Assembly (NCBI GenBank): GCA_963815455.1
Contig: CAWFGO010000003.1
Span: forward strand, 192,001 to 256,000
Direction: 5' to 3'
Origin: an uncultured Verrucomicrobiae bacterium
GTDB lineage: Bacteria; Verrucomicrobiota; Verrucomicrobiia; Chthoniobacterales; UBA10450
Length of the DNA stretch: 64,000 nucleotides
Position numbers and translations under genes: made by a program. The notes below the pieces were generated by a model. It searched no databases, had not been told where the DNA came from, and saw nothing but the letters and a program-made list of their open reading frames with translations. This document shows, one piece after another, positions 41,467 through 51,163 of the stretch. Positions within the stretch are counted from its first letter, which is position 1. Every line of letters starts with the position of its first letter.

Positions 41467-43552
41467 GTGCACAATTGGACGAACAAAAAGGGTGAGATCG
41501 GTGGAGTCGTCGTGCGTACGATGCCGTGGGACGGCGCCCAAATGTCGCGCGAGCTTCTGCTCCATCGTGAGTGGATCGTGACAAACGGCCTTGGCGGTTA
41601 TGCGTCCGGCACCGTTTCGGGCGCGATCACGCGGCGTTATCATGGGTTGCTCATCGCGGCTTTGCCCGCACCACATGGCCGCATTGTCATGTGGAGCCAC
41701 GTCTCGGAGTTTCTGCGCTTCGGCGACAAGGATGTCATTTCGTTAGGCGGAGAAGAACGGGCCGGTGGCCGGCTGGATTTACAAGGCGCCGATTACTTGC
41801 ATGAGTTTCGACTCGAAGATGGTCTCCCCGTCTGGACTTATCACGTGCGCGATCTCGTTCTGGAGAAGCGAGTGTTGCTTCCGCATTTGCAGAACACGGT
41901 CCATATCAATTACCGAATTCTTCAAGGCACGGAGCGTCCGCGCCTGGAGTTACGACCCGCGTTTCATTTTCGACATCACGAAACGCCGGTGAACGAAGGC
42001 CCCACCGCTCCCTACAAACTAGCCGCTGTCGAAGGCCGATATGAAATCACTTCGTCCCGCGGCCGTCTTCCCCCGTTGCGGATGAAACTTTATGACTGCG
42101 AATCGGCTTTTACCATCGCCGCCGCCAATATTCACCAGGTCATCTACCGCACCGAACAGAGCCGCGGGTACGCCCACGAAGGCAACTTGTGGAGCCCGGG
42201 CTATTTCCATGTCGATCTTCGCGAGCATCGATCGCGCCACCCTGGTCGGTTCGACCGAGAAATGGGACATCATCGAAGTGCTCGGACCGGAAGCGGCCCT
42301 GGGTCTGGAACGGGAACGCCGCGCCCGCTTGTTGCAAAATGCCATGCCCGAAATACGCGAAGGGTTTGCTGCCGAATTGGTTTTTGCAGCCGATCAGTTC
42401 ATCATTACTCCAGCGGGCCGGTTTGAAGAAGCGGCGCGCGCCCACGCCGCCGGAGACGAGGTGCGCACCGTCATAGCCGGTTATCACTGGTTCACCGATT
42501 GGGGACGCGACACGATGATCAGTCTCGAAGGTCTGGCCCTGATCACCGGGCGCTCACTCGAAGCGGGGTATATCCTGAGAACTTTCGCCGATTATGTCCG
42601 TGACGGATTGATCCCAAACATGTTTCCGGACCGCGAGACAGAAGGCCTTTATAATACAGCCGACGCGACCCTTTGGTTTTTCCATGCCTTGTATCGTTAT
42701 CTGGAACGCACCCAGGATTGGACAACGCTCAAGCTTTTGCTGCCGACTTTGATCGACATCGTCGAACATCACCTGCGGGGCACAAAGTTTAATATTCATG
42801 TCGATCCTGTGGATGGATTGCTGGTGCAAGGCCAGGACGGCTATCAACTCACCTGGATGGATGCGAAGACGGGCGACTGGGTCGTCACGCCCCGCCGTGG
42901 CAAAGCCGTCGAGATCAACGCGCTTTGGTACAATGCACTCGCTTTACTCTCAGGATGGCTGCGGCGAATGGATGAATCCGCCGCGGCCGAGCGCTACGAC
43001 GAACATGCTAAACGCGCGCGCGATTCATTCAACCAGCGCTTCTGGTTCGCCGAGGGCGGCTACCTCTACGACGTCGTCGATTGCAATGGCCAACCGGGAA
43101 CTTACGATGTCTCCTGTCGCCCAAACCAGATTTTCGCGATCTCCCTCGATCATCCCGTTCTCGATAAAGAGCGCTGGAGCGCCGTTGTCGATCTTGTCCA
43201 GAGAAAGCTGCTTACACCGGTTGGGCTTCGATCGCTCTCGCCGGACGATCCCGAATACAAACCAGTCTATGGCGGCGATCTGCGGGCCCGCGACGGCGCC
43301 TATCATCAAGGCACAGTCTGGGCCTGGCTCATTGGCCCATTTATCGACGCCTGGATGAAAGTTCACCCGGACGACAAGAAGAGCGCGCGGAAATTCCTTG
43401 AGGTCTTCCCCGTTCACCTCAGTGACAACGGGATCGGCACGATCGGTGAAGTATTCGACGCCCGCGAGCCGCACATGTCTGGCGGCTGCATCGCGCAAGC
43501 GTGGAGCGTGGCGGAGGTGCTGCGTTCCTGGGTAAAGACGGCGGAGCAATGA
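41467..43552 (+). CDS. glycogen debranching enzyme (amylo-alpha-1,6-glucosidase; frameshifted)
   Basis: EWIVTNGLGGYASG, AGYHWFTDWGRDTMISL, QLTWMDAK, YHQGTVWAWL, QAWSVAE. Confidence 0.9.
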
Positions 43553-43640
43553 CGAAGCGCGAATGCCCAATGACGAAATAATGACAAAGCGCGGACTTTT
43601 CTCCAAATTGACATTCGTGCTTCCTTCGTAATTCGTCATT
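43548..43640. repeat. inverted pair of degenerate heptamer-type (AATGACG) arrays
   Basis: aatgacgaag..aatgacgaaataatgac ... ttcgtaattcgtcatt. Confidence 0.6.
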
Positions 43641-43696
43641 TGGCTCAAGAACTGCATGGCAAGGCACAGCGTTTTGAAGAAATTCACAGCAACCTA

Positions 43697-45145
43697 ATGA
43701 AAAGATTGCTCGTTCTGCTTTCTCTCCTGATGGTTGCAACCTGTTTTGCGGCCAAGCCCAAGCCCACACCTACGCCGACCCCAACACCTAAGCCCAAGGT
43801 TACAACAAAAGCTCAGGCCAAGTCGAAGACCAAGTCAAAGACCACCACCAAACCCGCCCCCACGCCCACGCCGAAATCAAAAGCCAGCGCCAAACCCGCG
43901 GCTACGCCCAGACCAAAGTCGGCGCCCACCCCAAAACCCACGTTGGGACGCAAGCCAAAGGCCACACCCAAGCTGACCCCGAAACCCACACCGAAGCCGA
44001 CGCCCAAACCGAAGGCCACCCCGAAGCCAAAGGCAACTCCAAAACACGCCGAAACCAACTCCAAAGCCAAAAGCGACACCAAAACAGAAACCAACGCCCA
44101 GTCCAACGCCAACGCCAACGCCAACCCCACTCCCAAGCCAAGGGCAAGAGCCATAGGGTTCCCGTTCTTCAGACCACGAGCGACGCCCACTTCTGTGGAA
44201 GTCGCGCCGGCTTTGCCCGTGATGCCGCCGGCACCGACTCCGATCCCCACGCCGGAGATCATCGCGGCGTTGCCTAACTACGACGAAGAAACCTCCACCC
44301 GGCTGCAAATTTTTCTGGATAACCACAATTTCGGGCCCGGCAAGATCGACGGCAAAATGGGCGAGTTCTTCCGCAAGGCGCTCATTTCCTATAAGCACGC
44401 CCACGGGATGCGCGAAACCGGCGCTGTCGATCCTTCAATGCTGAATGAAGTGCCGGAGACGTTCACCACCTACACCATCAGGCCGGAGGACCTGAATTTT
44501 GTCGGCGAACTTCCGGAGAGCCACGAAGAACAAGCGAAATTGAAATTGCTTCCCTACACGTCGTTGCTCGAGTTTGTGGCGGAGCGTTACCATTCGGCCG
44601 AGGCTTACATTCAAGAACTGAATCCCGGCAAAGATTGGGAGCATCTCCAGCCCGGCGAGGTTTTGAAGGTGCCCAACGTGATTCCGTTTGAGATCGAAAA
44701 ATTTGTGGAAGGGAATGTGCCGGCCAATCCGGCCTTGGCGGGGCGCAAAGTTTATGTCGATACGAAGGAACACCTTCTGGAGGTTTTCGAAAACGATACG
44801 TTGGTCTGCGTTTATCCGATTACACCCGGATCGACCGAGCTGCCTGCGCCCGTTGGGACATGGAAAATTGTGGGCATCGCGGTGTGGCCCTGGTTCCGTT
44901 ACGACGAAGGGATGCTCAATTACGGCGTGCGCACGGAGGAATTTTTCAATCTCCCGCCCGGCCCGAACAATCTCGTCGGCGTTCTCTGGATGGGCCTGGA
45001 CAAACCCGGGATCGGTATTCACGGGACTAACAATCCCGAGACAATAGGCCGCGCCTCCAGTCACGGCTGCATCCGCCTGGCCAACTGGGATGCCGCGCGG
45101 GTGAAAAACTTCGTGACCGTGGGGAACACGGTCATTATTTTTTGA
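43697..45145 (+). CDS. L,D-transpeptidase (YkuD) with Pro/Lys/Thr-rich N-terminal region
   Basis: signal; LQIFLD..GKIDG, PPGPNN.VG..W, GIHGT...IG...SHGCIRL. Confidence 0.9.
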   Translation: MKRLLVLLSLLMVATCFAAKPKPTPTPTPTPKPKVTTKAQAKSKTKSKTTTKPAPTPTPKSKASAKPAATPRPKSAPTPKPTLGRKPKATPKLTPKPTPKPTPKPKATPKPKATPKHAETNSKAKSDTKTETNAQSNANANANPTPKPRARAIGFPFFRPRATPTSVEVAPALPVMPPAPTPIPTPEIIAALPNYDEETSTRLQIFLDNHNFGPGKIDGKMGEFFRKALISYKHAHGMRETGAVDPSMLNEVPETFTTYTIRPEDLNFVGELPESHEEQAKLKLLPYTSLLEFVAERYHSAEAYIQELNPGKDWEHLQPGEVLKVPNVIPFEIEKFVEGNVPANPALAGRKVYVDTKEHLLEVFENDTLVCVYPITPGSTELPAPVGTWKIVGIAVWPWFRYDEGMLNYGVRTEEFFNLPPGPNNLVGVLWMGLDKPGIGIHGTNNPETIGRASSHGCIRLANWDAARVKNFVTVGNTVIIF

Positions 45146-45147
45146 TT

Positions 45148-45196
45148 GTGGCATCGGCATCCTGCCGATGGGACATGGGCCGGAAGCCCATGCCAC
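45148..45196. repeat. GTGG-type REP doublet
   Basis: gtggcatcggc..gccgatg ggacatgggc..gcccatgccac. Confidence 0.75.
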
Positions 45197-45252
45197 GTCA
45201 AAATATTTCGCGCGGAATCGCGCCCTCAAGCGTCTAGGCTTTAGATCGACCA

Positions 45253-45825
45253 ATGGAAGCCAGCGAACGCGAGCAATATCAAGCGGCCATCAAAGGCGAT
45301 CGGGACGCATTTGAAATGATCATCCGCACTCATAGCCGAACCCTCTTCGCCATCGCTTACGGCATTCTGCAAAACCGCGAGGAATCCGAGGATGTCGTTC
45401 AGGATTCGCTGATTAAGGCTTGGAAAACCCGGGGGCGGGTGCGCGACCCCGAAAAATTTCCCGCTTGGCTCGCGACCATTGCTCGTCATCGCGCCCACGA
45501 CATTTTCCGAAAGCGCCGCACTGTGCCTCTTGCCCACGAAACACACGAAATAACCGAAAAAGAAACGCCTGATACGACTGAACTGGACCGGCAATCCCGA
45601 AATTATCGGGACTCGCGAACTCTTTCGGAGTTGCATTCCGCGCTCGCGACGTTGCCGGAGCTCCACCGGGCCGCGCTGACCCTGCGTTATTTCGAAGACA
45701 TGGATTACCGCACAATCGAAAACACGCTTGGACTGAGCAACGGCGCGCTTCGCGGAATTCTCGGCCGCGCCCTCGCCTCGATGCGCAAAGAACTTCGCCC
45801 TGCCCTCACCGCTTTGGAATCATGA
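45253..45825 (+). CDS. ECF RNA polymerase sigma factor
   Basis: GD..AF, EDVVQD, F.AWL..IAR, L..LP...R....LRYF...Y. Confidence 0.92.
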   Translation: MEASEREQYQAAIKGDRDAFEMIIRTHSRTLFAIAYGILQNREESEDVVQDSLIKAWKTRGRVRDPEKFPAWLATIARHRAHDIFRKRRTVPLAHETHEITEKETPDTTELDRQSRNYRDSRTLSELHSALATLPELHRAALTLRYFEDMDYRTIENTLGLSNGALRGILGRALASMRKELRPALTALES

Positions 45826-47840
45826 CTATTCACGAAAACATCGACAATTTACTCGCCGCCGATCTGCACGGCGACCTTTCGGAAGACGAACGCAGCGCGC
45901 TTCACACTCATCTCGTGGAATGCGCCGTTTGCCGAAAAGCTCATCAGGAAACTAAAATCATGAACACAATCATCGAAGAAACTCTCGAACAGGAAAAGCC
46001 CGATCCGACTTTTGAACAGCGGATGCTGGCTGGATTTCGAAACTCCGCGCCGCACCGAAACGGAATCATTAAGTCGATTGTCGATTTGCTTCGATTGCGC
46101 CCAATTCAAATCACGGCCGTCGCAGCCGGGCTGCTCGCCCTGGTTCAAATCGGACGAATGATCACAGGCGAAAGTCCAAATGCATTTTCGCGGCAACAGT
46201 ATGCCGGAGCCCGGTTCGTCGCTGCGAAATCTGCCCAAACGCCACCGCCCGCGTCTGAATTTCGCGGGGCATTGGATAAATCCGCCGATCTTCGCCACAA
46301 CGAAGCCGACCAACTCAATGCGGCAACAGTTTTGCCCATTGCCCAGGCCGCTGCAGCGCCAGCGCCAGCGCCGCTGCGCGAAACGAAAGATGAGGCGAGG
46401 GACGTAGGTAAAGTCGAACGGGTAGTGGTCACGGGATCAAATATTCCCGCCGCGGAAGAAATCGGGCCGAATACTGTGGAAGCGATGAACCCGGCGTTGG
46501 CGAATCGCAAATTGATTCGCAACGCGACGGTCGAACTCGAGATCGTCAGTTTCGATGACGCAGTCCAGAAAATTACTGCTCTGGCAAGTGAGGAAAAAGG
46601 TTACGTCGCCACAACCAGTTCGGAGAAGCAAGCGAACGGAAAGCTGAAAGGCGAGATCGTCGTCAAAGTTTTGCCGGAGAATCTGGATCGGTTTCTCCAG
46701 AAGGTTCGCGGCATTGGGGAGTTGAAGAACCAGACCCTTGGCACTGAGGATGTGACCAAGGCCTATCTCGATACCGATGCGCGATTGAAAAACGCGCGGG
46801 TTATGGAGCAGCGCTTGATCGACATGTTGAAGACGAAGACCGGGAAGGTTGCGGATCTGCTTCAGGTTGAGAAGGAACTCGGGCGGGTCCGGGAAGAGAT
46901 CGAGAAGATGCAGGGCGAACTGAAGTATTGGGATGCGCAGGTGCAGTTCGCCACCGTAATGATCTCGCTCGCGGAAAAGGACCTGGAAGAGCCGGCCGCG
47001 TTCTTGCTGAAGGAACGCGCACAGCTCGCACTTTACACAGCGGAAGTCGAGAAGACCTACAACGACATCAAAGCGCTCGCATCACCGAAAGTTCAAATCA
47101 CAAACGCACAGCTTGATCGGGATTATTCCGGGCGCGTTTCCGCGCGATTGTCGATGTTGATCGCGCCTGAGGAAAGTGACGCGGTGATCAGCAAAGTTAA
47201 AGGCTTCGGTCGCGTAGAGAATTTCCAAGTCCAGACCGAGCGGGTTGCGCAGAGCGGCAGCGGGATGTCGGAGAATGCCAAGACCAAGCGTGACAAGGTT
47301 GAATTGAACATCGTCATCTCGCGAGACGAACAGGAGCAGGCGTTCCAGCAAACCAGCCTGGGCATTCGGACAACGGATATCGACGCGAAGACCAAGGAAC
47401 TTCGCACGTTGACCGAGAAACAAAACGGGCGTGTTCGCAGTTCCTCGTTCAGTCGCGATCCGGACGGACGCGAAGTGGCGAATATTTCAGTGCGGGTGCC
47501 GATGAAAAATTACAACGCGCTCATGCAATCGTTGAACGGGCTTGGCAAAGTTGAGAACGTGAGCGTGCAGCGCCAGGACCGCACCGGCGCGCAGATCGAC
47601 GAAGCCAATGCGCCGGCTGATCTCTCGATCGTGGTTTACAGCCAGGGCAACATTGTTTCGCGGGAGAGCGGCTTGTGGGCAACGTTGCGAAATACCCTGG
47701 CTCAAAGCGCCGCGGCAATCATGTGGAGCTTGCGAATGATCGGCGTGGCGCTGGCGTTTCTGGCGCCGTGGGTAGTCGCGCTCGTCGCGATCGTCTGGCT
47801 GGCAAAACGCATCGCGCAGGGGCGCCGACCGAAATCGTAA
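45822..47840 (+). CDS. zinc-finger anti-sigma factor fused to DUF4349-like domains
   Basis: H...C..C (HLVECAVC), TM helix, RKLIRNA.VELE, EDVT..Y.D..ARL.N, C-terminal TM; ATGA overlap with the sigma gene. Confidence 0.82.
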   Translation: MTIHENIDNLLAADLHGDLSEDERSALHTHLVECAVCRKAHQETKIMNTIIEETLEQEKPDPTFEQRMLAGFRNSAPHRNGIIKSIVDLLRLRPIQITAVAAGLLALVQIGRMITGESPNAFSRQQYAGARFVAAKSAQTPPPASEFRGALDKSADLRHNEADQLNAATVLPIAQAAAAPAPAPLRETKDEARDVGKVERVVVTGSNIPAAEEIGPNTVEAMNPALANRKLIRNATVELEIVSFDDAVQKITALASEEKGYVATTSSEKQANGKLKGEIVVKVLPENLDRFLQKVRGIGELKNQTLGTEDVTKAYLDTDARLKNARVMEQRLIDMLKTKTGKVADLLQVEKELGRVREEIEKMQGELKYWDAQVQFATVMISLAEKDLEEPAAFLLKERAQLALYTAEVEKTYNDIKALASPKVQITNAQLDRDYSGRVSARLSMLIAPEESDAVISKVKGFGRVENFQVQTERVAQSGSGMSENAKTKRDKVELNIVISRDEQEQAFQQTSLGIRTTDIDAKTKELRTLTEKQNGRVRSSSFSRDPDGREVANISVRVPMKNYNALMQSLNGLGKVENVSVQRQDRTGAQIDEANAPADLSIVVYSQGNIVSRESGLWATLRNTLAQSAAAIMWSLRMIGVALAFLAPWVVALVAIVWLAKRIAQGRRPKS

Positions 47841-47851
47841 CGTCGCGCGCT

Positions 47852-47964
47852 GTCATCCTGAGCCGCGTAGACGGCGAAGGACCTCGCGCAACTGCTGCAC
47901 CGCACAAGCATACCCGCCAGGTGAATGTACAACTGTGGGGGTCCCTCGCTTCGCTCGGAATGAC
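47852..47964. repeat. GTCATCCTGAG-family palindromic element
   Basis: gtcatcctgagccgcgtagacggcgaagga...tccctcgcttcgctcggaatgac. Confidence 0.85.
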
Positions 47965-48036
47965 AAGCAGGAAACTGCCCCTGGAATCAGCCTTGCCCGG
48001 TCCCCGAACGAGTCGTACTCTATTATCACCCGGAGC

Positions 48037-49842
48037 ATGTCGATGAACACTACCAGCGGTATCAGTCTGAACAACGCGGCCGTGGCCGCGACGCCGAAGC
48101 ATCTTCTCCAGTTCGCCGTCGATCAGCGCTATGACGATTACACGCCAGTCGATCACGCCGTTTGGCGGTTCATCATGCGCCAAAACATTTTTTTCCTGAA
48201 GGAGTACGCCCACAAAGTTTATTTTCAGGGTTTGCTCGAGACCGGCATTTCTTTCGAACGCATTCCACGCATTCAAGAGATGAACGATATCCTGGGCAAG
48301 ATCGGCTGGGGCGCGGTGGCGGTGGATGGATTCATTCCGCCGGCGGCGTTCATGGAATTTCAAGCTTATAAAGTGCTCGTGATCGCCTGCGACATGCGCC
48401 AGATCCATCACATCGAATACACGCCGGCGCCGGACATTGTTCATGAAGCCGCAGGGCACGCGCCGATTATTGTCGATCGCGAATACTCAAATTATTTGCA
48501 GCGATTCGGCGAAATCGGCGCCAAAGCGATGTCGTCGAAGAAAGACTTCGAACTTTATCAAGCGATCCGGCACCTCTCGATCTTGAAGGAGCAGCCGAAC
48601 AGCGATCCCAAGGAAGTCGAGGAAGCAACCAAGCTGGTCGCGCATGGCCAAAAAAATCTGGGCGAACCGTCCGAGATGGCGCTGCTCTCGCGGTTGCATT
48701 GGTGGACGGTGGAATACGGTCTCATTGGCACGATGGAGAATCCGAAGATTTACGGCGCCGGATTGCTTTCTTCGATCGGCGAATCGGTCTCGTGCCTGGA
48801 ACCGGGCGTGAGGAAAATCCCCTACTCCATCGACGCGGCCAACCAGCCGTTCGACATCACAACCAAACAGCCACAGTTGTTTGTCTGCCGCGACTTCAAA
48901 CATCTCTCCGACGTGCTTGAGGAATTCGCCAGCAAGATGGCGTTTATGGTCGGCGGGCTCGAAGGCATTAACAAGGCGATCGAGTGCAAGAACGTTACGA
49001 CTTGTGAATATTCATCCGGGTTGCAAGTCAGCGGCGTCTTTACCGAAGTGATCACTCAAGATGAAGCGACGATCTACCTGCGCACAACCGGACCGACTGC
49101 GCTGGCTTATGCCAATAAGGAATTGCCCGGTCACGGCATCGATTATCATAAGGACGGGTTCGGCGCGCCGATTGGCGAATGGAAAACGGTGACCAAATGG
49201 CCACACGATCTGACCGATGAAGATCTGCGCGGCCACGGAATCGAGATTGGGAAAAGAGCGACGATCACATTTATCAGCGGCGTCACCGTCGATGGTAAGA
49301 TCGACAAGATCACAAGACGCGATGGCAAACTGATTCTGATCAGCTTTTCCGAATGCACTGTGAAGTATAAGGACCGCGTATTGTTCGAGCCGTCGTGGGG
49401 CACTTACGATATGGCAGTCGGCGCACGGATCAGTTCGGTGTTCAACGGCGCAGCCGATAAAGACGCATACAATCAGGTCGCGCTCGTTCCGAAAGAGCGC
49501 ACCATCAAAGTGCCGTCGGATGCCAAGCGCAAGCGTCTGGAGAACCTCTACGCCCAAGTACGAAAGATCCGGAAAGGCAAGACCGGATACGAACGGCTGG
49601 GCGAGATTTGGGAAACGCAGCAAGCCGAACACTTGGGCGACTGGCTGTTGTCGATGGAAATTTTCGAAATCCTCGACACGACAGAGCAGCAGCCGGAGTT
49701 GAAAGTGAAGATCGAGAAGTTCCTTAACGAGAAGAAGGCAAAAACCAAGGACCTCTCGACGCTGATCAGCTGGGGCTTCCGGCTGGTCGAGTATCACAAA
49801 AAGCCGGAATACCAGGCCGCGCTGCACGCCTCGCCGAAATAG
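48037..49842 (+). CDS. phhA: pterin-dependent aromatic amino acid hydroxylase (phenylalanine 4-monooxygenase, long form)
   Basis: YTPAPDIVHEAAGH (two Fe-ligand His), WWTVEYG (Glu ligand), IYGAGLLSSIGE, DIT..QPQLF. Confidence 0.9.
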   Translation: MSMNTTSGISLNNAAVAATPKHLLQFAVDQRYDDYTPVDHAVWRFIMRQNIFFLKEYAHKVYFQGLLETGISFERIPRIQEMNDILGKIGWGAVAVDGFIPPAAFMEFQAYKVLVIACDMRQIHHIEYTPAPDIVHEAAGHAPIIVDREYSNYLQRFGEIGAKAMSSKKDFELYQAIRHLSILKEQPNSDPKEVEEATKLVAHGQKNLGEPSEMALLSRLHWWTVEYGLIGTMENPKIYGAGLLSSIGESVSCLEPGVRKIPYSIDAANQPFDITTKQPQLFVCRDFKHLSDVLEEFASKMAFMVGGLEGINKAIECKNVTTCEYSSGLQVSGVFTEVITQDEATIYLRTTGPTALAYANKELPGHGIDYHKDGFGAPIGEWKTVTKWPHDLTDEDLRGHGIEIGKRATITFISGVTVDGKIDKITRRDGKLILISFSECTVKYKDRVLFEPSWGTYDMAVGARISSVFNGAADKDAYNQVALVPKERTIKVPSDAKRKRLENLYAQVRKIRKGKTGYERLGEIWETQQAEHLGDWLLSMEIFEILDTTEQQPELKVKIEKFLNEKKAKTKDLSTLISWGFRLVEYHKKPEYQAALHASPK

Positions 49843-49850
49843 TCGGTCTT

Positions 49851-49974
49851 GTCATTCCGAGCGGAGTCGCCTGCCGCGCCGTAGCTCCATGCGAAGGCGG
49901 GAAGATCCCGCGTTGCAACCTTTAAGGCGCTACTTCGGGATTCTTCGACTTCGCTCCGCTTCGCTCAGAATGAC
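49851..49974. repeat. GTCATTCCGAG-family element with one nested 32 bp unit
   Basis: insert 49870-49901 cctgccgcgccgtagctccatgcgaaggcggg. Confidence 0.8.
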
Positions 49975-49993
49975 GGGCGTTTAAGGCCGAGCG

Positions 49994-50287
49994 TCAGATC
50001 GTCTCGTCCTTGAAATGGCGCTTTCCTTTCAGCGCCCTGGCGTATTCGTCTTTGCTGAGAATGAGAAAGTAATGCATGCCAAGCCGAAAATCCTTCAGGC
50101 TGAACTCGCCGAAGTTCTCGCGAGTGACCGTAAACGGATAGAAATCGTATTCCTCCAAGTTACGGCCGAATTTGCGCCGGCGTTCCTTGTATTTCCCCCA
50201 GAGAAAACCGATCGCCAGGAAAACGACCGAGACAATGATCGAGGCAATGACATTGATTCCGAGTTCGCTTTGCAGAGCTTTGATCAT
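49994..50287 (-). CDS. small membrane-anchored hypothetical protein, possibly an internally deleted gene
   Basis: 97 aa, N-terminal TM followed by KYKERRRK; host-like codon usage. Confidence 0.5.
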   Translation of the reverse strand: MIKALQSELGINVIASIIVSVVFLAIGFLWGKYKERRRKFGRNLEEYDFYPFTVTRENFGEFSLKDFRLGMHYFLILSKDEYARALKGKRHFKDETI

Positions 50288-50329
50288 ACGCGGGGTCCCG
50301 TTGTCAAAACCGACAATATTCGGGGTCGA

Positions 50330-51022
50330 TCAAAGATTTCCACTCAGGCCCGCCAAGGTGATGTTTTCGAGCGCGACATTGTCTGGTCGGGAGAGCGCAT
50401 AGGCGACAGCGCCAGCGACTTCATCGGGCGACATCATTTTCTTGCGCGGCCAATCACCTTCAATGTTGTTCCAAATATCGGTGGAGGTCGCCGCGGGATA
50501 AATGTTGATCACCCGAACCTTATGATCGCGCAGCTCCTCCCGGACGGATTGCGAAAAACCTTCCAGGGCGAACTTACTCATGCAATAGGCGCTCCAATTC
50601 GGAAAACCTGTTTTGGCCGCGACGGAAAGAATGTTGACGATGCTCGAGCCCGGCGGCATGTGGGGAGCAAAATGCTGCGTCAACATGAACGGCGCGGTGA
50701 TGTTGACGCCGACAGTCTGTTCCCATTCGATCGGCGTGATTTCACAGAACGGTTTTACAACCGCGACGCCGGCATTGTTCACCAGTAAATCGAGCGGTTC
50801 ATTGCCAGCGTCGGCAATCAGATCGGCAACGCCCGCGGGCTTGGCCAGATCGTGCGTTAGCAAAACAACTTTCGCACAATTCGATTGGACCGCTTTGCGC
50901 GTTTCGCCGAGCGCAACGCTATCGCGCCCGTGCAACAACAGAGTGACATCCTCAGCCGCGAGTTTCTCGGCGATGGCTCGCCCGATTCCGCGACTGGCGC
51001 CGGTAATCAAAACACGTTTCAT
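50330..51022 (-). CDS. SDR oxidoreductase, candidate sepiapterin reductase
   Basis: TGASRGIG, NNAG, SVAA, YCMSK; directly downstream of the PTPS gene. Confidence 0.8.
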   Translation of the reverse strand: MKRVLITGASRGIGRAIAEKLAAEDVTLLLHGRDSVALGETRKAVQSNCAKVVLLTHDLAKPAGVADLIADAGNEPLDLLVNNAGVAVVKPFCEITPIEWEQTVGVNITAPFMLTQHFAPHMPPGSSIVNILSVAAKTGFPNWSAYCMSKFALEGFSQSVREELRDHKVRVINIYPAATSTDIWNNIEGDWPRKKMMSPDEVAGAVAYALSRPDNVALENITLAGLSGNL

Positions 51023-51106
51023 CCAGATTTGGACAACGTTCAATGTTCAACCCGTCTTCGCAAGACGACAATGAAGCACACGTCCAATTCTTGGTGCGAA
51101 AAATCC

Positions 51107-51155
51107 GGAGGGACGCGCTTCTGCGCGTCCAGGACATGCGGAAGCATGTCCCTCC
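51107..51155. repeat. GGAGGGAC-type REP doublet
   Basis: ggagggacgcgc..gcgcgtcc aggacatgc..gcatgtccctcc. Confidence 0.75.
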
Positions 51156-51163
51156 GAAAGTCA

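Noticed and set aside
44044..44128. Novel Asn/Ala/Thr-rich motif (HAETNSKAKSDTKTETNAQSNANANAN) in the L,D-transpeptidase
   Set aside because: The +1 frame reads TPKPTPKPKATPKQKPTPSPTPTPTP, the same repeat as its surroundings; two compensating indels
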